Below, one piece after another: positions 57,215-64,000 of a DNA stretch of 64,000 nucleotides. Below the pieces are notes generated by a model that made no database searches, was not told the DNA's origin, and saw nothing but the letters and a program-made list of their open reading frames with translations. Where the stretch lies: positions 1-64,000 of the IMG/VR virus record IMGVR_UViG_3300036791_000458. One strand, written 5' to 3'. Source of the DNA: a virus. Each line of letters starts with the position of its first letter. The first letter of the stretch is position 1. Both the position numbers and the translations under genes were made by a program.

Positions 57215-58291
57215 TTACTGAATTTCTAAAATGGTCAAGTGCACCATCTGTCCGCTCATCTCCACCACTTCACCAACGTATTGCTTCGAGGTTAGTCCGA
57301 AGATTGCGACATGTGGCTCACCATTTGATGGTTTGTGCTCATAGATGAGATTGGTTTTAAAATCCATCGTCAGAACTTTTTTGACGGCCTCAACCGCGTG
57401 CTCGGGTTTGTACTCGAACACATTGGTTTTGTCTTCCCCTCTCAATAGTTCTGTGCCCATACGTTTGACCGCGTCTTTGTGGAGTGCTTCCCATGACAAC
57501 GGCACATCGAACAATTCGATAGTCTTGCACCCGGTGTAGGTAATCAGTGACAACCCACACTGGTTTTCATGCAGGCGTGCCTTGGAAAGAATGTCATCGA
57601 AGTTCTGCGAGAAAGCATCGAAGTTATCCTTGAGATTATCCTGTCTAAAAGAAGAAAGAGGCGGCTGTTCCTCGGGAATTGATACTGACGAACCGAATAT
57701 TCCGCTAGAACGAGATGTGAATGTACGACGAACACCCGGAACACGTCCGGAGATATCCGCGCTCACTCTTTCACCACCCATCATGGCGTTCATGGTTGTA
57801 GTGGTTTTGGTTACGTTCTCCCAAACCGTATGTTGATCTGCTGGAGTGAACCCCGCTGTGTAGCTCGCGTTCTCAACCGCAATTGGAACGGTGCCACCGT
57901 ACTTGAAATTGCTTCCAGTACGAATACCATGACTCGCGTGAACACACCGAGCATCAAGCGCAACCTCAGAGTTAGGAAACAACACCGCGCTTCTGGTAAT
58001 GATTCTGGACTGGGTTCCCTTGCCTTCGAAGATGGTTCCGGAGCGAAGGAAGACGTTTTCTTTCCCAGTGTTTTTGATATTGATTTTGTTGATCATGCCA
58101 CTGTCCGTAACAATGACGTTTTCTGTCTCTGGCATGGTGACATACTGACGGACAAAAGTGGTTTCCCGAAGGATTGGAAGGATACAAGCTAAGGATTTCT
58201 CGGATGGACGATCTGGTTTTCCGAATGAGAAACCCAACTTCTCTTCTGCTACTGCAAGAAGAACTGCCTCTTTGCTAAGAGTTTTAGCCAT
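57215..58291 (-). CDS. ARPP-1 (DUF6569)-like domain protein
   Basis: 'I.IKNTG...VFL..G.IF.G...Q.R', 'CV', 'Q..VW..V', 'NQCG', 'IELFD' pattern; SD AGGAG before ATG 58291. Confidence 0.65.
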   Translation of the reverse strand: MAKTLSKEAVLLAVAEEKLGFSFGKPDRPSEKSLACILPILRETTFVRQYVTMPETENVIVTDSGMINKINIKNTGKENVFLRSGTIFEGKGTQSRIITRSAVLFPNSEVALDARCVHASHGIRTGSNFKYGGTVPIAVENASYTAGFTPADQHTVWENVTKTTTTMNAMMGGERVSADISGRVPGVRRTFTSRSSGIFGSSVSIPEEQPPLSSFRQDNLKDNFDAFSQNFDDILSKARLHENQCGLSLITYTGCKTIELFDVPLSWEALHKDAVKRMGTELLRGEDKTNVFEYKPEHAVEAVKKVLTMDFKTNLIYEHKPSNGEPHVAIFGLTSKQYVGEVVEMSGQMVHLTILEIQ

Positions 58292-58347
58292 GTGGTACTC
58301 CTTTTGTTCACGGATTCTTCCGTGTATACACATGTGTACTACCTAAC

Positions 58348-58674
58348 TCAGAAAAATGTCAAATCTTCACGGACTCGCAGAACTAGCTTTTCAGCCATTC
58401 CTATAGCTGCGTCCGGTGACTCATACTGTGGTTTTGAGGTGACCAAATCACGTATGCGTATAGAACCGGATGGTGTCCTGTCCAGCATCCCGATATAGAG
58501 ACCAAACTTCCCAGTCTCTTTATCAGGCCCGAAGTAAGAACAAAAAACTTCGTCTTCATCGGCTGCACGAATCACAATAAAGGTAAGCTGCGAGATACTT
58601 CCCAGCATTCTATCGACTTCATCGATTGGCATGTATTCTCTTTCTCTCGCGTGCTTTAAAGTCGTACAGTCCAC
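58348..58674 (-). CDS. Hypothetical protein
   Basis: Co-oriented ORF; start may be the internal ATG (MPIDEV...). Confidence 0.5.
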   Translation of the reverse strand: MDCTTLKHAREREYMPIDEVDRMLGSISQLTFIVIRAADEDEVFCSYFGPDKETGKFGLYIGMLDRTPSGSIRIRDLVTSKPQYESPDAAIGMAEKLVLRVREDLTFF

Positions 58675-58816
58675 CCCAGTGACCTAGTGAGCGAAGTTCA
58701 TTACGAAGCCTTCTACTCATGGTACTTCTACAACCGTACTTATTGTTTGCCCAAGCGAGTACATCAAGAAGACTACTGACTTTCACTTTACGACTAACTT
58801 TACGATCAATTAGCAT
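58619..58816 (-). CDS. Small basic hypothetical protein
   Basis: 65 aa, SD AGGAG upstream. Confidence 0.5.
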   Translation of the reverse strand: MLIDRKVSRKVKVSSLLDVLAWANNKYGCRSTMSRRLRNELRSLGHWGGLYDFKARERKRIHANR

Positions 58817-59028
58817 ACTACTCTCCTGTCAATCAGTCAAAACATCGTCATAGTCGGAGCGTTCTCTAAGCTCCATTTCCTCTGCTGGTACTGACGGTAA
58901 ACGTCAGATGGCGAAGGTCGTCAAGCGCGGGAAGGTGTACGGGTTCCGGGACGGTATTGTCCACCCACACGAACTAGCTTAGTATAGCTCATAATTTTCC
59001 CCCTTTGGAATTACGTTCTGAATAAATA

Positions 59029-59076
59029 TACTTCGACTTAGGCGGCGTCGTAGTCTGAGCCTGTGACCGTGACTTA
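59029..59076 (-). repeat. Isolated 8-hexamer unit of the periodic array next to the RAMP-gene terminator
   Basis: TACTTC GACTTA GGCGGC GTCGTA GTCTGA GCCTGT GACCGT GACTTA: C at position 3 in all eight hexamers. Confidence 0.65.
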
Positions 59077-59114
59077 AAAAAATGGACTACTCCCCAACGA
59101 CAGAGAGTAGTCCC
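59076..59114 (-). terminator. Rho-independent terminator downstream of the RAMP-like gene
   Basis: 9-bp stem GGACTACTC/GAGTAGTCC (59084-59092 / 59105-59113) followed on the - strand by ATTTTTTT. Confidence 0.75.
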
Positions 59115-59172
59115 GAGTTTATCCGTACCCGGAAGGATTTCGGATAAGCAGCCTCAACCATGAGCAAACCTG

Positions 59173-59886
59173 TTATTCTGCTTCTGCTTTTTCTTCGCCT
59201 TCAACTTCTTCGTCGTCTTCTGGAACGGTGACCTTTGCTTTCTTGGGCGCGGGAGTCAGATAGTCCCAACCCGCGACTTGGAACCGTCCATACCCTTGAG
59301 GACGAGCAGAACCGATACCAATCTGTTTCCCGCCCCATTCGATCAGCTTCTTCAAATCGTCGGGCAGGATGATTTCCTCATCAACAGAGAACACGCCCCG
59401 GGCAATGAAGTCATCGATGTAGAAACTGGAGCACCAGTTCCGCTGGTTGGACGTTTCCATTTTGACGAAACGTTCAAAGAGCTTCGCGTCAGCGACAGTC
59501 TTCTCGGTGACCATCATTTTGTCCGCTATCTTGACACCGATGAACGTCAAACCCTTGTCAGACACACGCGGAATCGCTTTCGGCGCTTGCATCGACGCAT
59601 TGTTGATGAAACTCTGAATGATTCGTTCCGGGATTGCGATCAGACCTTCACGCGTGCCGTCCACGGTGTAGAAGGGACGTTCTGCTTTTTTCTGCATGTC
59701 TTCGTAGTTCTCTTTGGTGAGACCACGTTTTTCGAGCGCAGCGAGCAGAGCCTGCTCTTTTTTGCTCGCGCCCAGTTTGGGGTGAACGTCTTTGCTGATG
59801 TCGATGATTGTATTACGCTCGGGCCAGTAAGGCAATCCGATGTAACCGGAACCATTGAAGTTAAACGCGACTTGAACTTTAACCAT
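59173..59886 (-). CDS. Stand-alone Cas7/RAMP-superfamily-like protein
   Basis: 'IAIPERIIQSFI' (cf. RAMP 'IPGSS.KG'), helix 'LKKLIEWGG', then G-rich loop 'GIGSARPQGYGRFQV', acidic tail; SD GGAG; no other cas genes in the window. Confidence 0.72.
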   Translation of the reverse strand: MVKVQVAFNFNGSGYIGLPYWPERNTIIDISKDVHPKLGASKKEQALLAALEKRGLTKENYEDMQKKAERPFYTVDGTREGLIAIPERIIQSFINNASMQAPKAIPRVSDKGLTFIGVKIADKMMVTEKTVADAKLFERFVKMETSNQRNWCSSFYIDDFIARGVFSVDEEIILPDDLKKLIEWGGKQIGIGSARPQGYGRFQVAGWDYLTPAPKKAKVTVPEDDEEVEGEEKAEAE

Positions 59887-59954
59887 AAGGTACTCCTTCT
59901 GTTGATTGTTTTACTAAACAACTTGACTTTGGCACAGACTGAACTAAAGCTGCA

Positions 59955-60419
59955 CTACGGGAGTCGGTCTAGTAGCTCAGGACGATTTCTCTTAAGCCAC
60001 CTTTTCAATGCTTTAAGTTTGTACAAAGTCCGTCTACCAGACCGTTCAACGGGGAATGATGAGTTCAACAGTCTCCATCCGGAAACTGTTGCTGGAGGCA
60101 CATCCAACATTCTCAATAACATGTCCAACGTAACCAAGTCAACACTCCGCCGAGAAAACACGTTTTCAATTTTCTGATCGGCAACCTCATTGTGAGTTAT
60201 CCAACCCGTCTTAGTTCCATACGGGCGCCGGAATTCAATCCAAATGCGGTAGCTATTTAAAACTTCGACCATCCCATAAATCGGATGCTTGATCTGGCCG
60301 AGTTCATCACAGCGAATCCAATCCTTCTTTCCATCCGGGCGTAAAAATTGAATCCAGAGATAACCTCGCTTCAAAACTTTTACCATTCCAAAATCGGGGT
60401 GCTTAATCTGATCACTCAT
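59955..60419 (-). CDS. DNA-binding protein: duplicated N-terminal SH3-like repeat + MerR/excisionase-like HTH
   Basis: Two copies of 'QIKHP.(F/Y)GMV.VL....WI.F.RP.G.K..WI'; C-term 'L..MLDVPPATV..WR....FP......R.LY....L..WL'. Confidence 0.65.
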   Translation of the reverse strand: MSDQIKHPDFGMVKVLKRGYLWIQFLRPDGKKDWIRCDELGQIKHPIYGMVEVLNSYRIWIEFRRPYGTKTGWITHNEVADQKIENVFSRRSVDLVTLDMLLRMLDVPPATVSGWRLLNSSFPVERSGRRTLYKLKALKRWLKRNRPELLDRLP

Positions 60420-60522
60420 AGTTTCCTCTCATCACTTTTCTGACTTCCTTACCACGCCCACAACCTGATGCTATCACATCAACAAGGGAGAAAATGCAAG
60501 CTGAACATAAAGCTGTAGGCGC

Positions 60523-61117
60523 GGAAAGTAAACCAGAACTATGACTTCTCTCCATAACATTTAGGATTTTTATTACCCCTGCCCTGCCCTGCCACGTTTA
60601 GACTAGTCTTTTGACTAATGTACCTTATCCTTATCCTTAGCTTCTATGGGTACGTACTCCGGCCCACCTAAATCTGGATATCCCGGAATTTCTATCATTG
60701 TTTTCATGCCTAAATTCATCCTAGCTAATTCATCTTCACTCGGAAACTTTTGACCTGAATCAATGTAGGAATCAGCTAAGGCTGAGAATATAGTTATGTT
60801 GTTGTTCCGGATGGTTACTGCGGAGATATACCAAGTATGAGCAGCAGAACTAAGACTCTGCCATACTTGTTCATCCACATCGTTGATTGCTTCAATTAGT
60901 TTATTAATGACTTCCGCTTTGTCATCACCAAAAACAGGTTCCACAAACTCTGGTAAAGTTTTTGCTGCGTCGATTACCTCTTGGTATACGGTAAGTTCTT
61001 TTGGCATTAGTTTTCCTCTAATCCCGTATACCACACCCGAATTATTTTGTAAAGAAAATTTACAAAACTTTACAAAAGACGTTTAAGGAAAGCAAACCAG
61101 AACTATGACTTCTCTCC
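60523..61117. repeat. 31-bp direct repeat (1 mismatch) flanking ORF 60615-61034
   Basis: GGAAAG(T/C)AAACCAGAACTATGACTTCTCTCC at 60523-60553 and 61087-61117. Confidence 0.8.
60615..61034 (-). CDS. Hypothetical protein
   Basis: 139 aa (likely start MPKELT); lower GC than its neighbours. Confidence 0.55.
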   Translation of the reverse strand: MVYGIRGKLMPKELTVYQEVIDAAKTLPEFVEPVFGDDKAEVINKLIEAINDVDEQVWQSLSSAAHTWYISAVTIRNNNITIFSALADSYIDSGQKFPSEDELARMNLGMKTMIEIPGYPDLGGPEYVPIEAKDKDKVH

Positions 61118-61450
61118 CATACCAATAACAGTAGTACGTCTCTCCCACGTTACGTCTTCAAACCATTCATTCACCAGAAACACGACAGCCGCTTCCTTGT
61201 GTTGGTGCTTAGGTTCAAAACTGCCCATGATACACCGGATGTGACGAAACGCTTTCTCCGGGTCAACACCGGGTCTCGGTTTCATCTCAAGTTTGCTCAG
61301 CCCATGATAAAAAGAATCATGGAAGAACTGCGCATACCTATGACTAGAAAGTTTGAACTCATCCGGGATATCTTTCCACTCCGGCATGAACTTAACCACA
61401 CTCGCGGGAAACGCGACATCAACATCGTTGAAGTCATGGACAGGAAACAT
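61103..61450 (-). CDS. Conserved phage hypothetical protein
   Basis: Pattern 'VAFP...MP...DIP.EF', 'GVD...A.RH...I..SF.PKH.HKEA' recognised from phage proteins of unknown function. Confidence 0.6.
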   Translation of the reverse strand: MFPVHDFNDVDVAFPASVVKFMPEWKDIPDEFKLSSHRYAQFFHDSFYHGLSKLEMKPRPGVDPEKAFRHIRCIMGSFEPKHQHKEAAVVFLVNEWFEDVTWERRTTVIGMGEKS

Positions 61451-61756
61451 TTAGACCTCTTTTGCGCGACGATCACGATCACGATCCCAAAGCAAATCGA
61501 TCATCTGATCAACCGCACTTCCTAAGCGATCATGTTGCTGCGTCTTCTCTTCTTTAGAGCGAAGAACATAATGAACTTCTTGTTTCTGGCGGTCACTCAG
61601 TTTGTCGTAATCCCGCTTGTACATTTTCTGCGCCTGAGTGTTCGCATCTAAGAGCTGACGAATAGCAATACCTGTTGGAGCAGGGTTCGCATCAATTGAA
61701 CCACCCTTTTTGAATAGCACTTTCCCATACCGTTTAGTAGACTTAGACATATTCAC
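61451..61756 (-). CDS. Hypothetical basic protein
   Basis: 101-aa ORF downstream of a TTGACA-N18-TAAAAT element (61789-61760). Confidence 0.5.
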   Translation of the reverse strand: MNMSKSTKRYGKVLFKKGGSIDANPAPTGIAIRQLLDANTQAQKMYKRDYDKLSDRQKQEVHYVLRSKEEKTQQHDRLGSAVDQMIDLLWDRDRDRRAKEV

Positions 61757-61846
61757 GACATTTTAAAAACAAAATTTCAAATCTGTCAAGACTTAATTTC
61801 AACCTCTACTCTTACTCTGACAGGTTGGACTAGACCTTCTTCTTCA

Positions 61847-62221
61847 CTAGGTAGCGGGGCATTCAACGACCTCAATCTCGTTCGGATAGAGTTTGATCAC
61901 CGATGTCTTCTTATACTTTGGGCGGCTGACATGATACTGATAGCCATCGAAACTCAGGACACGTCCAAAATGCTCACCGTACTGATTCCCGTTTTTGTCC
62001 GATGAATCATAGTAATGAACAAGAGAATTCACGGGGATGTCCGGATGTTCAACCACGTATTCTTTTTTCTTCTTCTTGCGTGGCTTCTTCACCGGGGGGT
62101 TCACCACAACCGGGGGCACTGGTGGAATCAATAGCTTCACTCTCTCGGGCACCGTCACCAGTTTGACACGTGGTGGAACGGGCGGGATAATCAACAACTT
62201 CACTCGTTTAGGAACTTCCAT
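61847..62221 (-). CDS. Hypothetical protein with Pro/Val repeats and SH3-like C-terminus
   Basis: 'RVKLL.IPPVPP' repeats, poly-K; SD GGAG. Confidence 0.5.
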   Translation of the reverse strand: MEVPKRVKLLIIPPVPPRVKLVTVPERVKLLIPPVPPVVVNPPVKKPRKKKKKEYVVEHPDIPVNSLVHYYDSSDKNGNQYGEHFGRVLSFDGYQYHVSRPKYKKTSVIKLYPNEIEVVECPAT

Positions 62222-62223
62222 AG

Positions 62224-62658
62224 CTACTCCGTTTCCTTAACAAAATATCCGTAGACACACCGGGTTCCTGCGCGACTGCAATCGTGGGTATCGTGAATGA
62301 CTCCATCGATCACTGCGGTTAGATGTCCTGATACTCTCACGACAAGTCGGCCCTTGGGTAATTCCTCTGCTCTCAGATGAACTTTGCAACCGGAACCAAC
62401 CTGCATTGTCGGTATCCACTTCCAGCCCATCTTTGCCAGATACTTCTGATAAGTCTGTCTGTAAACACCGGAGCGAGAACTGGACACCCGGCGCTTTCGT
62501 ATCCCTCGGCGTTCGGACACCGCGAGTACATTGAGCGCGTCATAAACTGTCTGGTAGGATTCACCAGTTGCGATAGCGATGGCACGGGTCACACAATCAC
62601 CCGTGACACCCTTATAGCCATATGTTAACCTGCCACCATCATTCATCACAAACGTCAT
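62224..62658 (-). CDS. Conserved phage protein with papain-like Cys/His/Asp motif
   Basis: 'GDCVTRAIAIATG', 'HLTAVIDG.IHDT.D'. Confidence 0.65.
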   Translation of the reverse strand: MTFVMNDGGRLTYGYKGVTGDCVTRAIAIATGESYQTVYDALNVLAVSERRGIRKRRVSSSRSGVYRQTYQKYLAKMGWKWIPTMQVGSGCKVHLRAEELPKGRLVVRVSGHLTAVIDGVIHDTHDCSRAGTRCVYGYFVKETE

Positions 62659-62667
62659 TCACCGCTC

Positions 62668-62970
62668 CTACTTTGCAAGTTCAAATGCCCGGTCATACCA
62701 CTTCGCCCAGAGCAAGTCCAACTGGGGGGTAACCGAAGTGATATCCACCATTCCCATGCCCAGTCCGAACTCACCGATTCTCGGAGCAGTACTCATGAGT
62801 TTGTTGACCTCACGGGACAGTTTTGTCAACTCTGGGTCAGTCTTATACAGTTTAACAATGGCCCTGCGTCTTTCCATCGGAAGTGTGCGGTACTTCGCTT
62901 TGGACTCATCTCTCTTCTGGGCACATTCTTTCGGAGTCAGTTTTACTTTCTTCAATGTGGTCAATGTCAT
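62668..62970 (-). CDS. Hypothetical protein (first gene of the leftward early operon)
   Basis: SD AGGAG; directly downstream of the promoter at 62988-63016. Confidence 0.6.
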   Translation of the reverse strand: MTLTTLKKVKLTPKECAQKRDESKAKYRTLPMERRRAIVKLYKTDPELTKLSREVNKLMSTAPRIGEFGLGMGMVDITSVTPQLDLLWAKWYDRAFELAK

Positions 62971-62987
62971 CTCCTAGTTACACCACC

Positions 62988-63016
62988 ATCATATATAAAA
63001 TTTTGGGAAATGTCAA
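62988..63016 (-). promoter_or_regulatory. sigma70-type promoter (leftward)
   Basis: TTGACA-N17-TATGAT. Confidence 0.8.
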
Positions 63017-63097
63017 TACCTATTTTTCTCTTTTATTATCAATGGTTTACCGGGACAGCATTGGACGCGAAAATCAGGATTATATATAAAAAGACTA

Positions 63098-63126
63098 TTG
63101 ACAATCTTTTCTGCTTCGCTTACTAT
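63098..63126 (+). promoter_or_regulatory. sigma70-type promoter (rightward)
   Basis: TTGACA-N17-TACTAT, then SD AAGGAG and ATG 63148. Confidence 0.8.
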
Positions 63127-63147
63127 TGAAACATAAAGGAGATACAA

Positions 63148-63384
63148 ATGAGAACGTTGCCGGAAGTGGTCGCAGAAGTAAGGAAAGATTGGAAAAACAT
63201 GAGTCCGTATGCTCGCCCGTATTTCGAAGCGATGTCGCAAATGAACTCGGTGAGCGAACCCTACTACGCCGACTCCGGTACATCTGTGGTTCTGTACTTC
63301 CTGTGCAACGCTTCACAGTGGAAGGGTGAAGTCGCGAGACGAGTGAAATTGGAACTGAAAGCGATGGTAAAGGCCTCAAACTAA
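63148..63384 (+). CDS. Conserved phage early hypothetical protein
   Basis: Pattern 'EVRKDW....YA.PY..AM', 'DSG.SVV.YFL.NA..W.GE.A..VK.ELK'; has its own promoter, SD and terminator. Confidence 0.75.
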   Translation: MRTLPEVVAEVRKDWKNMSPYARPYFEAMSQMNSVSEPYYADSGTSVVLYFLCNASQWKGEVARRVKLELKAMVKASN

Positions 63385-63424
63385 AGAGGTTATCGCTAAA
63401 TTTTAAAGACTCGGGAAACCGAGC

Positions 63425-63460
63425 GGGGACGGAATCCGGGTTCCGTTCCTTTTCTTTTTT
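63425..63460 (+). terminator. Rho-independent terminator
   Basis: GGGACGGAA...TTCCGTTCC stem followed by TTTTCTTTTTT. Confidence 0.75.
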
Positions 63461-63472
63461 ATTCTTTTTTAC

Positions 63473-63500
63473 TTGACATTAGCCACGGTTTATATATAAT
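63473..63500 (+). promoter_or_regulatory. sigma70-type promoter, probably giving a leaderless mRNA
   Basis: TTGACA-N16-TATAAT with ATG 63507 only 6 nt downstream. Confidence 0.7.
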
Positions 63501-63506
63501 TGAGAC

Positions 63507-63713
63507 ATGACAAAGGGAATGAACAAAAAAGGGAAAAACAAAACGGCGGTTAAAGCTGGGCAAAGATGGGTCACTCCCAGCGGAGCAGAATTAACAGTGA
63601 CCGCGGCAGGCCCAGACTACTGTGCCGTGACGTTCGAAGACGGTTCAAAAACGCTTTTGAAGAAAGAAGAATTCTCAAATTTCAAAGTGTCGTGGGCGGA
63701 GAAAGTTGGTTGA
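63507..63713 (+). CDS. Small SH3/KOW-like hypothetical protein
   Basis: 'VKAGQRWVTPSG..LTV.......AVTFEDG'. Confidence 0.6.
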   Translation: MTKGMNKKGKNKTAVKAGQRWVTPSGAELTVTAAGPDYCAVTFEDGSKTLLKKEEFSNFKVSWAEKVG

Positions 63714-63723
63714 ATGTTTTGAC

Positions 63724-64000
63724 GGGGGCGAATGGCCACTGACAGACTGGAAGTCATGACTCCAGTTTTCGATGGTTTGCTACATCGCCCGCATCAAAGG
63801 ATTCAACTTAGTGACTCGGCACAATCAATCCCTCAACCTGCAACCTTCGGGACGCGGGGAACTGAGGCGGACAGGGACTCACCGGGAAATGCCCCTGTCC
63901 TTAGACTTTTCGAGAGCTTTCAAGTCAGTGTTAGGCGTTTGCCACATGGACTGCATCCACGTAAGTCCGAGCGCGGTGGAACGTGTGGCCGGATGAAAAT
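63724..64000 (+). ncRNA. Candidate structured non-coding RNA (may extend past the window)
   Basis: Consecutive hairpins, a C(UUCG)G tetraloop and a nested pseudoknot at 63941-63989. Confidence 0.45.

Noticed and set aside
59278-60177. 299-aa + strand ORF
   Set aside because: Antisense shadow of the RAMP-like and HTH genes, with no SD or recognisable motifs. Other + strand ORFs left of 63 kb were rejected for the same reason.
63724-63760. tmRNA or tRNA (GGGGGCGAA start)
   Set aside because: The 5' stem pairs locally with TCGCCC, and no T-arm, CCA end or tag reading frame is visible in the window.
1-64000. Integrase, att sites, replication genes or host flanks
   Set aside because: None recognised in this window, so lifestyle (temperate or lytic) cannot be called.

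Overview
This is a 64-kb segment of a tailed dsDNA (siphovirus-type) phage or prophage. Almost all genes are on the - strand. Read right to left: early/accessory genes (63.7-55.2 kb), TerS, a His/Ala-rich protein, TerL, a lysis cassette, portal, multi-domain effector polyproteins, MuF, cell-surface-type and collagen-like fibre genes, a glycosylation cluster, prohead protease, scaffold, major capsid protein, neck, tail tube, frameshifted tail chaperones, tape measure, and GTA-like Dit and hub. Two things stand out. (1) A stand-alone Cas7/RAMP-like gene (59173-59886) lies upstream of ~1.6 kb of non-coding 6-nt-periodic repeats (RNA sense AGUC-NN). These are punctuated into about 25 non-identical units of mostly 6n+3 nt, a candidate non-CRISPR RNA-guided system. 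(2) A virion cargo system appears likely: ten copies of a (hydrophobic)-x-K|YSEDQ(A/S)R tag precede enzymatic domains (zeta-like kinase, NMNAT-like, GNATs, ARTs, HipA/PI4K-like kinase, ParB-like) in portal, MuF and two polyproteins. The largest polyprotein also carries a 2H phosphoesterase split by ~750 aa and a 16/20-identical copy of the capsid protein N-terminus. All domain calls come from motif recognition by eye; no database searches were run.
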